The notes under the pieces were generated by a model that did no database searches, was not told the DNA's origin, and was given only the letters and a program-made list of their open reading frames with translations. A DNA stretch of 64,000 bases from Octopus vulgaris. Its lineage: Eukaryota. Of this stretch, positions 26,930 to 40,258 are shown one piece after another; position 1 is the stretch's first letter, and every line of letters begins with the position of its first letter. Where the stretch lies: assembly GCA_951406725.2 (NCBI GenBank), contig OX597816.1, positions 90,954,001 through 91,018,000 of the forward strand, given 5' to 3'. The translations under genes and the position numbers were made by a program.

Positions 26930-28451
26930 TGTGTGTGTGCGTGTGTATTGTAGCATATGTATTAAGACAATGGCTGTATCCGAATCACTTTACATATTCT
27001 GATTATCCTGCTATGCTGTAAATCGTGGTTATATCACTCATAATGAGATTATACCTACGTGTATAGAATAAGGATATAAACACGGTACTGCAACGGAGAA
27101 ATTCCTAAATGTTTCTCTTAGATAGCTAAAAATAGTCATAGTAGAAATAAGGATCCCAGTAGGTCTTCAGAGAAAATAAAACGGGTTGTATCAGTATGAA
27201 ACAAGGTGGTGGTGGTGGTGATTGTGGTGATGGTAGTGGTGGTGTGGTTGGAATTTACCGCAGTACCTCAGCTGCGTTGCTTTCCAATGCAATTTTAATG
27301 GAGAAATTAAGAAATTAAACATAAATACATACATGCACACCGGCTTTCTCGCGAGACATTTCGCAATACATCTAAATGAACTGATACTGTTGGTAGTGCA
27401 GCTACTAAACCTGCTTGAAAGATATTATACTAAATGACTTTTGTCTGTGTGAGATCTGTGTTGATTTATCAGATAGAGTAGGTTTAACCTTTCTTCTCAT
27501 CAGTTCTCTAAAAGTCAACAGAAGACGGTATATTTATCTGAAGGAGGCTCACACATAAGTGCCACCAGGGAACTGTTACCAACCTATGTGTGTGTGTAAA
27601 CGAAGGCATTTTATTTTTTCATAAAATGTAAGTAAAATTCCCGGTGGAAAAAATTTCATCTGATCTGAAGTAGATCACAGAAAGACAAATGAACTGATTA
27701 CGTAAAAGGATTTTTTTTAAAAATCCTTTTTAAATGTATTTGATTATAAAATGACAGTGTAACACATGTGTCTAGCATTCAAAACTAATAATTTTTATAT
27801 CTAGTTATTCAACCGTCTCACTTCCAAATCCATAGATACTATGTCAATAAAGCTCAAAAGTTTTCAAATGAAAGGCGACTGATTTATGAGTTTGAATTCT
27901 CTAACCTTTTCTTTTAAATTTATTTGTAAATTATTCCAATCAAATGTATTCAATAAGAAGTACATGCGGGCAGAGAAATGATTTTAGTTGTAGAATTTGG
28001 ATCGATTACTATGGTTTTAACATTTGTCGATGACTGGTTGTACAAAAGCTTGGGAATGTATTTAACAACTTATGACACTTAATTACATAAAGATTATATT
28101 TGGTTGTAAATAAAAAAAGAGTTAGTCACATATGGCGTCAATAGATATAATTAAATAACATTTGTGCAAATTCTAGGAGCTTTTTTAAAAATTTGTTTTT
28201 GTATGAAAATAATCCCAAATATACATTGCTTACACGGCATAATAGTGAATTCACGTATTACTGAAGCCCACAAATTATAGAAAAGGATTATAATTCATTA
28301 AAGGGGATTTCAGTTCTTGAGTGGCACATATTATATTCACCACAGAATGATAAAATCGACTCTGGTACAGTTTGAACACAGAACGTGTAAGTATATAACT
28401 AAACACCACAAAATATTGTCCCGTCTTTCTTCTCAATATTAATTGCTAATC

Positions 28452-28700
28452 AAGGCGGCGAGCTGGCAGAATCGTTAGCATGCCGGGCGAAATGCGTAGC
28501 CGTATTTCGTCTGCCGTTACGTTCTGAGTTCAAATTCCGCCGAGGTCGACTTTGCCTTTCATCCTTTCGAGGTCGATAAATTAAGTACCAGTCACGCACT
28601 GGGGTCGATATAATCGACTTAATCCGTTTGTCTGTCCTTGTTTGTCCTCTGTATGTTTAGCCCCTTGTGGGTAGTAAAGAAATAGGTATTTCGTCTCCGT
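28452..28700 (+). mobile_element. SINE-A (tail-2) plus target stub ggtatttcgtctccgt
   Basis: Near-consensus copy followed by the start of a second unit that is interrupted at about 28700. Confidence 0.92.
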
Positions 28701-30345
28701 GAATTGTACGAGCTTGTTTGTTTGGTTTGTAGTTCTTTGTGCTGCGTTTGCAGTGGTTTTTGAGTTGTTGTGCTGTCTCTCGGTAGTACTGAGAGATGAT
28801 AGGTGGAAGTCGTGTATATTCGGACCTAAGCGAAACTGAGTTGTATGCTTCGGAGGAAGAACTGGTTAAGGCAGTAAAGATGTTGGAAAACATGTCTGGA
28901 AAAGAAAAGTTTTGCAGAGGCAATCGAGATGAGAAGGAAGAAAATAAACCTGGCAAATATGGAAAGAGACAGTAGAATGGCTGTAAAGATGGGGAACGAT
29001 GTGAGGTTGTCCCCGCCGCAGACAAGGATGGAGGAAATCCAAAAGAAGATGGTAACGTACAAAGTTTATTCAGTTGAGAAAAAGAGAGTCGGCCACATGG
29101 AGGAGAAAGAGATAGACAAGGCGCTGATGACAGTCTGGCCAGATATTACCTACCTGGCCAGAGGTAGCATGTTCGGGACGATTATTGTTCATTATAAAAC
29201 AGAGGAAAGAGCGATAGCCCACGCTGCCAAAGTGTTAAAAACGGAAAAGGTTGTCCTCTTGCAGTCTTACATGGGCAAGAGGATTGCCAAAATCAAAGTG
29301 GAAGGGATTCCCCCTGAAATCGATGCGGTTTGGGTGGTGGCGGCTCTCTTTATTGAAAGAGAAAAAGAGGTGAAGGTAATTCAAGCGGAAGTGATGGAAG
29401 GAGCAACATGGAAGGGACAAATCATCGAAATTACCGTCCAAGCTGAGGTGGAGTTCCTCGAAGTGCTTCCCGAGAACCTGTGGATTGGGGATTTGATCCT
29501 GAAAGTGTGGGTGGAGGGCAGGATTCCTCGCTGCTTTAAATGTGGCCAGAAAGGCCACATAAGAGTGAACTGCCCTCCACCACCCAAAATGGTAGAAGAG
29601 CGACAGCCACCACCACAGGAGAGGATACAAGAAGTAGAAAGAGAAACTCCAGTATTAGAAGATAGGGAATTGGAAATAACCGGGAAAAGAAAAAAAGAAA
29701 AAGAACGGAAGTAAGTACTTGTGAACCCCAACCCACCCAGTGCCTTCCCGCTCCCTTTTCACCACACTCTCTCCATGTAAACACCAAACCTACCCATTCC
29801 CCTCCAACAACAAAACAGAAAAGAAATACAAACACACATGATATAGATATGGCTCCCTCTCCCCGTTTGTTTTGCTTGCGTTTTGTATGCGGACGCGGAG
29901 GACGAAGTTGTAAACCTGGTGAGCGAGTGGAAGGATGTGGTCGAAGTGGAATTCTTCGATGTAGATGGTGATTCTATTATATGCCAATTGTTAAATAAGC
30001 ACAAATGGAGATAGTAAAAACGTATGATAAGGGTATTGAGTTGTGGAAGGTGATCGGGGAAAGAGAGCAATGCCAAAACAGACCTGTTATACTGAACTAA
30101 AAATTGACTACGGTATTGAACTGCTGAATTTTAGATAAGTGTGATTGAACGGTAAAACGGTTTCAATGTAACCACTCGACTTCGGGGGTCGAGGGGGCAT
30201 TCCGCCTCATTATGTCATCTTTTTCATGATTCATTGGTTTTTTTTTAAATTTTGCTTCTTTCTTTATGCCTCCTTGTTATAATTTTAGTTCCCCGATATT
30301 GTGCACGTACCTTCTATGTTGGTCCCTGGTGGGTAATAAAGAAAT
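28701..30345 (+). mobile_element. ORF1-only non-autonomous LINE-like element (L1/Tx1-type, HAL1-like), about 1.65 kb
   Basis: About 100-bp 5' UTR, ORF1, 3' UTR hairpin ctcgac…gtcgag (30175-30193), tail ccttctatgttggtccctggtgggtaataaagaaat (30310-30345) similar to SINE tail-2; no endonuclease or RT motifs seen. Confidence 0.7.
28929..29714 (+). CDS. ORF1/Gag-like nucleic-acid-binding protein with CCHC zinc knuckle (longest open segment of a frameshifted ORF1)
   Basis: 261 aa non-repetitive ORF with VWVEGRIPR-CFKCGQKGHIRVNC; upstream ATG 28796 (MIGGSRVYSDLSE…) joins it if one T of tttt 28910-28913 is removed; coding-like frames continue to about 30010. Confidence 0.75.
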   Translation: MRRKKINLANMERDSRMAVKMGNDVRLSPPQTRMEEIQKKMVTYKVYSVEKKRVGHMEEKEIDKALMTVWPDITYLARGSMFGTIIVHYKTEERAIAHAAKVLKTEKVVLLQSYMGKRIAKIKVEGIPPEIDAVWVVAALFIEREKEVKVIQAEVMEGATWKGQIIEITVQAEVEFLEVLPENLWIGDLILKVWVEGRIPRCFKCGQKGHIRVNCPPPPKMVEERQPPPQERIQEVERETPVLEDRELEITGKRKKEKERK

Positions 30346-30346
30346 C

Positions 30347-30970
30347 GATATTTCCTCTGCCGTTTCGTTCTGAGTTCAAATTCCGCCGAGATCGACTTTG
30401 CCTTTCATCCTTTCGGGGTTGATTAAATAAGTGCCAGTTACGCACTAGGGTCGATATAATCGACTTAATCAGTTTGTCTGTCCTTGTTTGTCCTCTCTGT
30501 GTTTAGCCCCTTGTGGGTAGTAAAGAAATAGGTATTTCGTCTGCTGCTACGTTGTGAGTTCAAATTCCGCCGAGGTCGACTTTGCCTTTCATCCTTTCGG
30601 GGTCGATTAAATAAGTACCAGTTACGCACTGGAGTCGATATAATCGACTTAATCAGTTTGTCTGTCCTTGTTTGTCCTCTCTGTGTTTAGCCCCTTGTGG
30701 GTAGTAAAGAAATAGGTATTTCGTCTGCCGCTACGTTGTGAGTTCAAATTCCACCGAGGTCGACTTTGCCTTTAATCCTTTTGGGGTCAATAAATAATAA
30801 TTATTATTATCATTATTATTATTATTAAGGCAGCGAGTTGACAGAATCTTTAGCACACCGGGCAAAGTGCTTTGCGGCATTTTCGTCTGTCTTCATGTTC
30901 TGAGTTCAAATTCCACCGAAGTCGACTTTGCCTTTCATCCTTTCGGGTTTGATGAAATAAATACTAGTTA
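30347..30970 (+). mobile_element. Tandem SINE-A units (two tail-2, one partial) plus an adjacent copy
   Basis: Units restart at g(g/a)tatttc(g/c)tctg near 30347, 30531 and 30715; separate copy 30828-30970. Confidence 0.9.
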
Positions 30971-31334
30971 TTAGTTATTGTAGTTGTTTCATTTTTATCT
31001 GACTACAATTAGTCCCCTCCCCTTAATTTCCTTTTCGGGTAATGGAGCGTAACTACCTATATGCCACTTCTTTATAATGATTTTTGAAAGAATTAACTGA
31101 ATAGCCATCCAAGAGCCAAACTCATCGTTGTAATGGAAAATGAATGCAACCAGCTACACACACACACAAACACAAACACATTTACAAACACACACTCATA
31201 GACATACATACACATATATATGTGTATGTGAATGTGTGAATGAGTGAGTGTTTGTGATTATATGTGTGTGTGTTTGTGTGTGACTGTGTGTGTGTGTGTG
31301 TGCGTGTGTCTATGTGCGTTTCATTCTTTTTCTA

Positions 31335-31715
31335 ATCTCTGCCCCCACCGCTTGGCAACCGGTATAGTTTCTTTACGTCTCTATAACCTGGCGGTTCAGC
31401 CAAAGAAGAAACCGATAGAATAAGTACCAAACTTTAAAAATAATCATCAGTACTACAGTTGATTTGATCGGCTAAAAGCCTTCTATGCATATGTGAGTGT
31501 GTGCGTGTGCGCGCGCCAGTGTTTGTCCCTTACCACCGATGGACAACCAGTGTTGGCGTTTTTTATGTCGTGTAATTTAGCAGTTCGGCAAAATAAACCG
31601 ATAGAATAAGTATCAGGCCTAAACAATAAGAAATGGGGTTGATACGTTCGACTAAAATTTTTCAGAGCAGTGCTCCAGCATGGCCGAAGTTTAATGGCTG
31701 AAACAAGTAAAATAA
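31335..31715 (+). mobile_element. Two SINE-B 3'-half fragments
   Basis: gcttggcaaccggt…accgatagaataagtacc, then a second copy ending gctccagcatggccg…gaaacaagtaaaa. Confidence 0.7.
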
Positions 31716-31865
31716 TTAAATAAAATACAGGTACATTAGTACAAATATATAAGTTTCTTAATACTGTGCTGTGCAAAGCACTGTGAAATAGAGTCACCCT
31801 GTAATTTAGTCTGGCGAGAACTTGAAGTTCTTCAGAAGTTAGTGGAATTACGAGAGACTCTAGAC

Positions 31866-32152
31866 CAGGGCTGGCCAACATGAGGTCTGCTTGATATTCT
31901 CTTGAAATGGGTTTATTTAAACAAACATTTGAAAATTTTTGTCAAAAATTAAAGATTGTAATGAAAAATAAAAAAGAAAGATACTACAGTTTTTGCAACG
32001 ATAATATTTCATGTTGAATCAACGATCATTCATTCATTATTGTAATAAGAGCATGAGAAAAATGCTTTCAATTCTGTCTGTAAACAAGCGGCCCTCAAAA
32101 AAGTTTCTGTGATTAAAGTGACCCACAATGTAATTCGAGTTGACCAGGTCTG
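31866..32152. mobile_element. hAT-Charlie-type MITE (287 bp)
   Basis: TIRs cagggctggccaac / gttgaccaggtctg (11/14 match); 8-bp TSD ctctagac (31858-31865) and ctgtagac (32153-32160), matching the Charlie NTCTAGAN preference. Confidence 0.75.
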
Positions 32153-32350
32153 CTGTAGACTATCAGAGTCGGGATAGTAGTTGTTGTTCCTGTATTATAA
32201 AAGACATTTAATTAGCTATTACAATTCAACCAATTGCTAAGCTGAATCTATGTGTTCAGGTAACTTCATTCAAAACCATTACTTTTACTCGTATGTGTAT
32301 GTGAGTATGTGCGCGAGAAATGGAGAGAGAGCAAGCGAGGGATAGTGAGT

Positions 32351-32411
<61 letters not shown>

Positions 32412-32451
32412 CAGAAGAGAAAGAGAGAGAGAGAGAAAAGGAGAGAGCAGA

Positions 32452-32482
<31 letters not shown>

Positions 32483-33481
32483 AGGAAGAGAGAGAGAGAA
32501 AAGAGGAAGAGAGAGAGAGCATATGTCAACATTCAGGCAACTCCCAATTCTTAGATACGCAAACACACACATGCTCAAAATTATAGAGTGATTGCGAAAG
32601 AATGTGATAGAAAAAAGAAGAGATAACTAAATTGTTTAGGACATTTTTATGTCGTATAAACTTTTCCTATGTTTTGTTTACATTCTTTTTGCATTTATTT
32701 TTATACTTGTTATTTTTGCTTTGTTTTCCATTGGTGTAAATGTAAATATTTCCCAGTTTTCTGGCTGTGAAAAAGTTTTTAACTTACAAAAGTACTATAA
32801 GTGCCATTGGTTAGAAATGTACTATTTTCTCAAGTGTCTATCTTTTCCAGATAAGTATTGTATAGTTAAAGGTTAGAAAGAAATTAAAATAAATTGTGTA
32901 TTTAAAGAAATAATAAAGATAACGATATTCCTATGTTTTTTGTTTCTTTCTCTTCGATAGTGTGGTCTTCAGAATATGTTGTGCTTGCCTGCTTCACGAC
33001 AAATAGCATTTTGTCTTCTAATATCCACATCAGCATAGAGTTTTTTTTTCGCTGAAAGCATCTTTAATATAGAAGAAATAAAGTCATACCATAATCTATT
33101 CAAGTTATAATTAGAGCTATGTGCGCACACATTTTAATTTAAACATTTAAAAGAAACCAACGAATACATTTCTTACTTTTCCCGTATTTTTCCAAGCTTT
33201 TTAATTATAAACAAAAAATTTGAAATAAACCCATTATTCATTTCCTCGATATGCGATATTAATCTCCATGGTCTTACTTGGGATATCTATTGTCTCTTAA
33301 GAATAGAAAACGAATACTCTGGAAATTTTTAGTTTTGATTTTCTTCTTAAAACTATATAAAAGTTTGTAAAACAAATTTTTCTTCGTAAGATACTGTTTA
33401 GAGCTTGTGGAAGAAATATCATTGTATTATATCATTTGGAACAAATAATTTAATTTAAATTGCAATATGTATTAAACTTTC

Positions 33482-33695
33482 AAGGCAGCGAGCCGGTGGA
33501 ATTGTTAGCACACCGGGCAATAATATACTTAGAAGCATTTCGTCTGTCATTACGTTCTGAGTTCAGACTTCACCAAAGTCGACTTTGCTTTCATCATTTC
33601 GGGGTCGATGAAGTAAGTACTAGTTAAGCACTGGGGTTGATGTAAACGACTAGCCCCTCTCCTACCGAAATTGATGGCCTGCCAAAATTTGAAAA
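33482..33695 (+). mobile_element. SINE family A, degenerate
   Basis: Head and core match. Confidence 0.75.
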
Positions 33696-33784
33696 TAGTA
33701 TGTTTAATTTTAAACTTTAACGCGTCAGATTTTCTCGGGAGTGCATATATTAATGTAAAAATTTTACTTTTAAAAGAAATATAT

Positions 33785-34183
33785 GCAGGAGTGGCTGTGT
33801 GGTAAGTAGCTTGTCTACCAACCACATGGTTCAGGGTTCAGTCCCACTGCGTGGCACCTTGGGCAAGTGTCTTCTACTATAGCCTCGGGCCGACCAAAGC
33901 CTTGTGAGTGGATTTGGTAGATGGAAACTGAAAGAAGCCCGTCGTATATATGTATATATATATACGTGTGTGTGTTTGTGTTTGTCCCCTAGCATTGCTT
34001 GACAACCGATGCTGGTGTGTTTATGTCCCCGTTACTTAGCGGTTCGGCAAAAAAGACCGATAGAATAAGTACTGGGCTTACAAAAGAATAAGTCCCGGGG
34101 TCGAGTTGCTCGATTAAAGGCGGTGCTCCAGCATGGCTGCAGTCAAGTGACTGAAACAGGTAAAAGAGTAAGAGTAAAGAGAG
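33785..34183 (+). mobile_element. SINE family B, full length
   Basis: tRNA-like head (gtggctgtgtggtaag…gggttcagtccc), core ccttgggcaagtgtcttc…, internal (TA)(TG) tract, tail gtaaaagagtaagagtaaagag. Confidence 0.9.
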
Positions 34184-34316
34184 ATTTATGTAAAAATATA
34201 CTCATAAAATATCATTTAAGTGAACGATATATATATATATTTTATAGTATCAATGACATTAACGTTTCAGAAGCCTGTTTCAAGTGAAGTCATTGACACC
34301 TTAGTTTAATATGTAC

Positions 34317-34372
<56 letters not shown>

Positions 34373-36066
34373 GTGCGGGTGTGTGTGTGCATATGTATTT
34401 ACATGCATATAATATTCTCAATAGATTCAACTATATGCAATCTTTTTCATAGATTTATTTTAATTACGCTACAAGTCAAAAAGTCCGTTGTTAAGTAGCT
34501 TAATCGCTTACTTATCTTAACCAAAATTGATGTTTTCCTTTTTCAAAATTAAGAAATAGTGCTTTTTTTCTTTATAATTTGGAGGGCAGCATATGTTCAG
34601 AGTACACCGCTTCGAAGTCATGGAGTACCATTTGTTGTGTCAAGAGCAGATCTTTTAGCCCAAGACGGCAGGTGGTGACATAACAAACTGTCTGAACGTG
34701 AATACTCAGTCATGTCGAGTACCCTTGAAATTAATAGTAACATAAATTGGTAAAGATTCTAAATTTAAAATTAATCCTCTATTCATTATATATTCAGTGC
34801 TTTACGCCTTAATATTAACAACTTGGTTCAACACTACGCACACATATAGGGACACATACACACACCCAAAGGTTACCTGCTTAAGGGAACATGGTGGAAG
34901 CATATACATACATGTGCACACAAACACATATAATTAATAGCACCAAAATCAGTATTAATGCTATAAAAGACAATCTTTATTTCCTCCTTAACTTGGATGA
35001 TGTGTCAGAACACAGAACACTGCGGTATTTACTTTGGAGAGGAGAGGATCTCACATATGAACTCGTGTTGCATAAAAGCACTTGTATTTATATCGTTGAC
35101 ATGCGAGAACTGCCAGATCACATGATTTCGCTCTGTTTTGCGCTCCTCAGTGGCAGACATTCAGTAGCTACGTAACAGATAAATCTTGCATCCAAGATAT
35201 GTAGGACATCAGTGTCTATTCAGGCACTGATGTCGCAAATAGGAAGCAAACTTATTAAAAAATAATTCATGGCGACAGAAGCAGAATTAATACCAAGAGT
35301 TAATCTTTATCACCGGCTTAATTAGGATGATGTGTTAGAACACAGAATACTGCATTATTTACTTTGAGAGAACTTCTTATGCACCACAAGTCCATATAAG
35401 AGGAAGTTGTGCAATGTCAACATTCACGCACAACACACGCACACACACTCTCACACATACACACAGTTAGATAGATGGATAGATAGATACATACATACAT
35501 ATATACACACATACATACACAACAAGCTTCCAGCAGTTTCCGTCGAAACTATGGCAATTATCTTGTACTAAAGCCCCGGACCGACCGATGCCTTGTGAAT
35601 GAATTTGTTCGACGGAAAGTGCGTGGAAGCCTTCATGTGATTTTTCTTTGAGTTTAAGTTCTTGTGAGTATTTCTAAAATGTTTTATAAAACTTCACTGT
35701 GAACTAATAGATTAAATTTGGAGAATCCATGTCAGTTTCCTTTACTTTTTCGTCGTGAAACCGAGTATTGGTAAGTTTTTGTGCAAAGTTTTTGGTACAT
35801 AAACTAACGCACCTATGATGAGGAGTACAAATGAAAATTCATAGTCAGAGTACGCATTAGTTCATCCTTATTGTTATGTATGTATGTCATTATTTAGTTT
35901 TATTTCAAGATTTCTTACCAATAGGGAAAGAGTCGGTTTCTAACCTAGATCCAAAGTTCTTTTACTGGAATTTCAGCATCTACAACATGTATGTGTACGT
36001 GCAGATTTGTATGTTTTGTTTTATGTATGTCTTCTCATGCGTATACTTGCATATTTAGACATGCTC

Positions 36067-36097
<31 letters not shown>

Positions 36098-36112
36098 TGT
36101 ATATATGTATAT

Positions 36113-36282
36113 AGCAGAAACGTTAGCGCGCCGGGCGAAATGCTTTGCGGTATTTCGTCAGGTCGATGTTGCCTTTCATCCTTTCGGGGTCGATAAATTA
36201 AGTACCAGTTGCATACTGGGGTTGAGCTAATTGACTGGCTCCCTCCCCCAAAATTTCGGGCCTTGTGCCTAGATTAGAAAAG

Positions 36283-36313
<31 letters not shown>

Positions 36314-36530
36314 GCACACACGCACTGTATGTGTCATTGTGTTTGCCCCACGTTATTTTGACCAATGATGTGTTTTTTTCACGTCCCTGTAAACCAGCGG
36401 TTCGACAAAGGGGAAAGATATAATAAGTACCAAACTTTACAAATAAGCACTGGCGTCGATTTCTTTGACTAAGCCTTTCGAAGCGGTGCCCCAGCATGGT
36501 AGCAGTCTAATGATTGAAACAAATAAAACA
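36113..36530 (+). mobile_element. Internally deleted SINE-A followed by a SINE-B 3' half
   Basis: Motif matches to both families. Confidence 0.75.
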
Positions 36531-37575
36531 TACGCATACGTGTATGTACGACTGTCTATTACAAGAAATGTTAAGCCTTAATCTAGGTGGATATTTATAC
36601 ATCGATAAGTATGTGTTGTAAATCTAACATTCAAAACTCATCAAATAGAAATTTTCTCTACTTGTCAAATGTAACCAATTCTTTTCTCCAATGAAAAGGT
36701 TACATTTCTGAAACATATGCTCATCTTCTTTATCAGACTTTTCGACACTCTTATCGCAGCTTGGCATCTGACAGTATTCTTTTAAATAAGAAAATAATAA
36801 TGTTCTTCTCTACATTTAGATTCAAAAATGTTTTAAAGAAGACTTTTATTTAATTGAGCAAACTTGTTTTGTAAAGCTGCACCCAATTTTTGACTGTCGC
36901 TAGTTAATTGTGCTTCTTACGTTAGATGTATAATATTTATCCTAAGTTAAAAATATTCAGAACTTCTCACACCAATGAGTTATTATGTCGTAGTCTTTGA
37001 AAAGAAAACTCTCGTCCGACTGGTAATTCTGAATGAAGAGCCTGATATCTTTTAGATACGTTGGAGCCAAGAAGTCTCATCGCGCCACATGTTTCTTCTT
37101 AAGTATTCTAAGTAATAAATGGTTCTTCCGACTTTGCTCTTCAACGGCTGTCAATAAGTATGTCCCCTACACAATATTAATCTAAAATAGAAATCAATTA
37201 CAAAATATCAACAAGCCACTTTGGCAAGAATTACAAGAATCTCTTTTTCTGTACATGCAGTCGTGAGAAAAAATGAGTTCATGTTATCAAGATATCAGAT
37301 ATCTGTGACAGAAACATCGTGTTTTATTTTTCATTATTATTTTCTAATTTTATTTATTTGTTTTTGGTATTTCTTTCACTGTTTTATTACAACATGAAAG
37401 TATCGAAATATCTAATGATAATGGAAATACTGTAGTTTATTTGAAAATATTACAACAATGTAAGAAAATATTATATGAAGTATATCATGTTTATAGAGGC
37501 GTAGGCGTGGTTGTGTGTTTAAGAAGTTTGCTTTGCAACCGTTTGTTTCTGAGTTCGATTGCCACGTACATACGT

Positions 37576-37637
<62 letters not shown>

Positions 37638-38056
37638 GATATCAAACCAAACTATCTCCTCATGAAATACATCTACGATTTCCAGGTATGAATTTCATGT
37701 ATGTAAATGTTTCATTTTAAATGAAAAAAATCATACAAAGAAGTTGAAATTCCTGATGAATTGGAATATTCGCATGAAAATATATTTTAAAATAAAATCT
37801 GAATTATGTTGTTTCGCTTTAATTCTGTGTTACATATGTTTCATTACGCTATTGGAAATATGTTCTATGAATATAATTATTAATATTAATATAATTATAA
37901 ATATTAATAATTATTAATTATTAATATTAATATGGATATAATAATTAATATTAATAATGCACTATGGCATTGTCAATAAACGTCGGAAAATACGGCATTG
38001 CAGTATTAACTTCAGCTATTTGTGTACTATGTTCAGTCCCTGCTATTGAAATATTA

Positions 38057-38250
38057 AGGTGGCGAGCTGGCAGAATCATTAGCACGCCGGGAAGCTGCTT
38101 AGCGTCCGTCTTTACGTTTTGAGTTCAATTTCCGCTGAGGTCAACTTTGTCTTTCATTCTTTCCTAGTTGATAGAATAATTACCAGTTGAGCATCGGAGT
38201 CGGTATAATCGACTGAGCCTCTCGCTCGAAATTGCTGGCCTTGAGACCAG
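38057..38250 (+). mobile_element. SINE family A
   Basis: Head and core match. Confidence 0.8.
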
Positions 38251-39840
38251 TATTAAATATTAAAAGTTGACGATAGATATATGCATACATGTAGAAACGT
38301 GTTGAACATTTCCCATTTGTAGTCTTCAAACATAGATTCAAAATAATATAATTTTTAATCTGCCTGAAGGATACTACAATCACATACATTTTCGTTGTGC
38401 TTCCCTACATCATACCTGCGCGCGCGCGTGTGTGTGTGTGTGTGTATCAGCATCGGAAAGAATCAGTACATTTGAAGAGAAATGTCTTTCGTTGTTAATG
38501 TTAAACTATTTTATCTTCCTCAACTTCGAATTTAGTACTTGATGAAATAAGTTCCAGACAAATATTAGAAAAAAAAATGTGATCGTAAAAAAAAGACAGT
38601 AAATTCGAGCTCTCCGTGTAGCCGCAGTCCAATGACTAAAACCAGCATAAGATAAGAAGGAGAATATTCATGCCTGCAAAATATAAGGATACCATTCGTA
38701 GTGGAAATTGTAACCTTGTCATTAACTAAGTAATAATAACTATGATCATATTTTTTCGCGACCTGTGTGGTTAATATGGATGTTCTAATAAAATTTATGT
38801 TACATACAGTTCATAGTATAAAAGAATTTGTCGATCTAGTCAACGGCCAGACAAACTGTTTCAATTTCAATTTTTATACAACAATGAAACCCAGTCACTA
38901 TTTATCAAATCAACCACGCAGTATAATCGATACGTAACACTCCAAATAGAAAACATTGAAACTTAATCACGCTTTCGCGAAAGGATTATGACGTTTTCTT
39001 CTCCTCCTCCTTCTTCCTTCTTCTTCTTCTTCTTCTTCATCATCCATTTCTCTTTAACATCAATAGTAAATGCCTCCACAAATAATTTTTTTTAAAAACC
39101 CCAAAACAAAGCAAAAAACAAAACAAAAACAGAGAAACCAAAAACCTGCAATGGCTGCAATTAAAAATATACCTCTTCGTAGCATCGTTATTCTCAATGG
39201 CTACATTCTTTTTCTAATCTCTCACACTTAGTTCACATTGAAACAAAACTCACAGTATACAATTTTCTGTCTTTTCTTCATTTAATCAAGAACCGTCTTC
39301 AGCAACATAACTTCACTAATCTTATCACCCAAACCTATCAGCTAATGACTTTGAGACTCTCATTTTCTTATTAAAAGAATTGCAGACCTTGAGTTTTTTC
39401 AATATTTTTTTATCCTGTATTTTACCTTTTATACTTCATACTTGTTGGTAATTTCCTGTCTTTTATACTCACTTCTACCATTTTTTAAAGATGTTCTTTA
39501 GAGAATGCGAGAATGCGAGTTTTATTATTGATTTAAGGAAAAACAGATGAAAGTTAAGGAATTCCTTCAAAACCACCGTCATTTCATTAAATTAAGTATT
39601 CTTGAAGTAGTTTTTCTAATTATAGAAAGGATACTTGGAAGTGGATTCTGACTAGATTCTCCTGATGTGCAGGAACCCTAAGATTTTTGGTGAAAATGTA
39701 TGTATGTATGTTTGTATGTATGCATGCGTGAGTGCGTGTGTGTGTGTGAGTGTGTGTGCGTGTTTGTGACAAAAGCTAGCAAGACATTGTATCATTTCTT
39801 GCCAAAAATTAAAACTAGGTTGTGCATTCTGTTTAATAAT

Positions 39841-40258
39841 CCTTTCTACTATAGGCACAAGGCCTGGAATTTGGGGGAGGGAGTAGTCGATTACATCGAC
39901 CCCATTACACAACTGGTGCTTAATTTATCAACCCCGAAAGGATGAAAAGCAGAGTCAACCTCGGCGGAATTTGAACTCAAAACGTAGCGACGGCCGAGAT
40001 ACGGCTAAGCACTTCACCCGGCGTGCTAACAATTCTTATTTCTTTACTGCCCACAAGGGGCTACACACAGAGGGGACAAACAAGGACAGACAAACAGATT
40101 ATATCGACATCGGTGCGTAACTGGTACTTATTTAATCGACCCCGAAAGGATGAAAGGCAAAGTCGACCTCAACGGAATTTGAACTCAGAACGTAGCGACA
40201 GACGAAATACCGCTAGGCATTCCGCCCGGCGTACTAACAATTCTGCTAGCTCGCCACC
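39841..40258 (-). mobile_element. SINE-A (tail-1) carrying a nested tail-2 unit
   Basis: Outer TSD ctgtttaataatc at 39829-39841 and 40264-40276; inner duplication gt(g/a)ctaacaattct at 40023-40036 and 40231-40244. Confidence 0.9.

Noticed and set aside
28929-29714. Domesticated host gene (ZCCHC3-like)
   Set aside because: Frameshifts on both sides, a retroposon-type tail and a target duplication favour a mobile element copy.
30347-30800. Regular ~184-bp repeats with gtcgat…atcgac palindromes resembling a CRISPR array
   Set aside because: Whole units repeat with no unique spacers, there are no cas genes, and the units are SINE-A copies in eukaryotic DNA.
33785-33860. tRNA gene-like A/B boxes (also SINE-A heads and 44911-44975)
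   Set aside because: No complete cloverleaf or acceptor stem; they continue into SINE bodies.
37865-37960. AT-only palindromic stretch
   Set aside because: Low complexity; self-complementarity is expected by chance.
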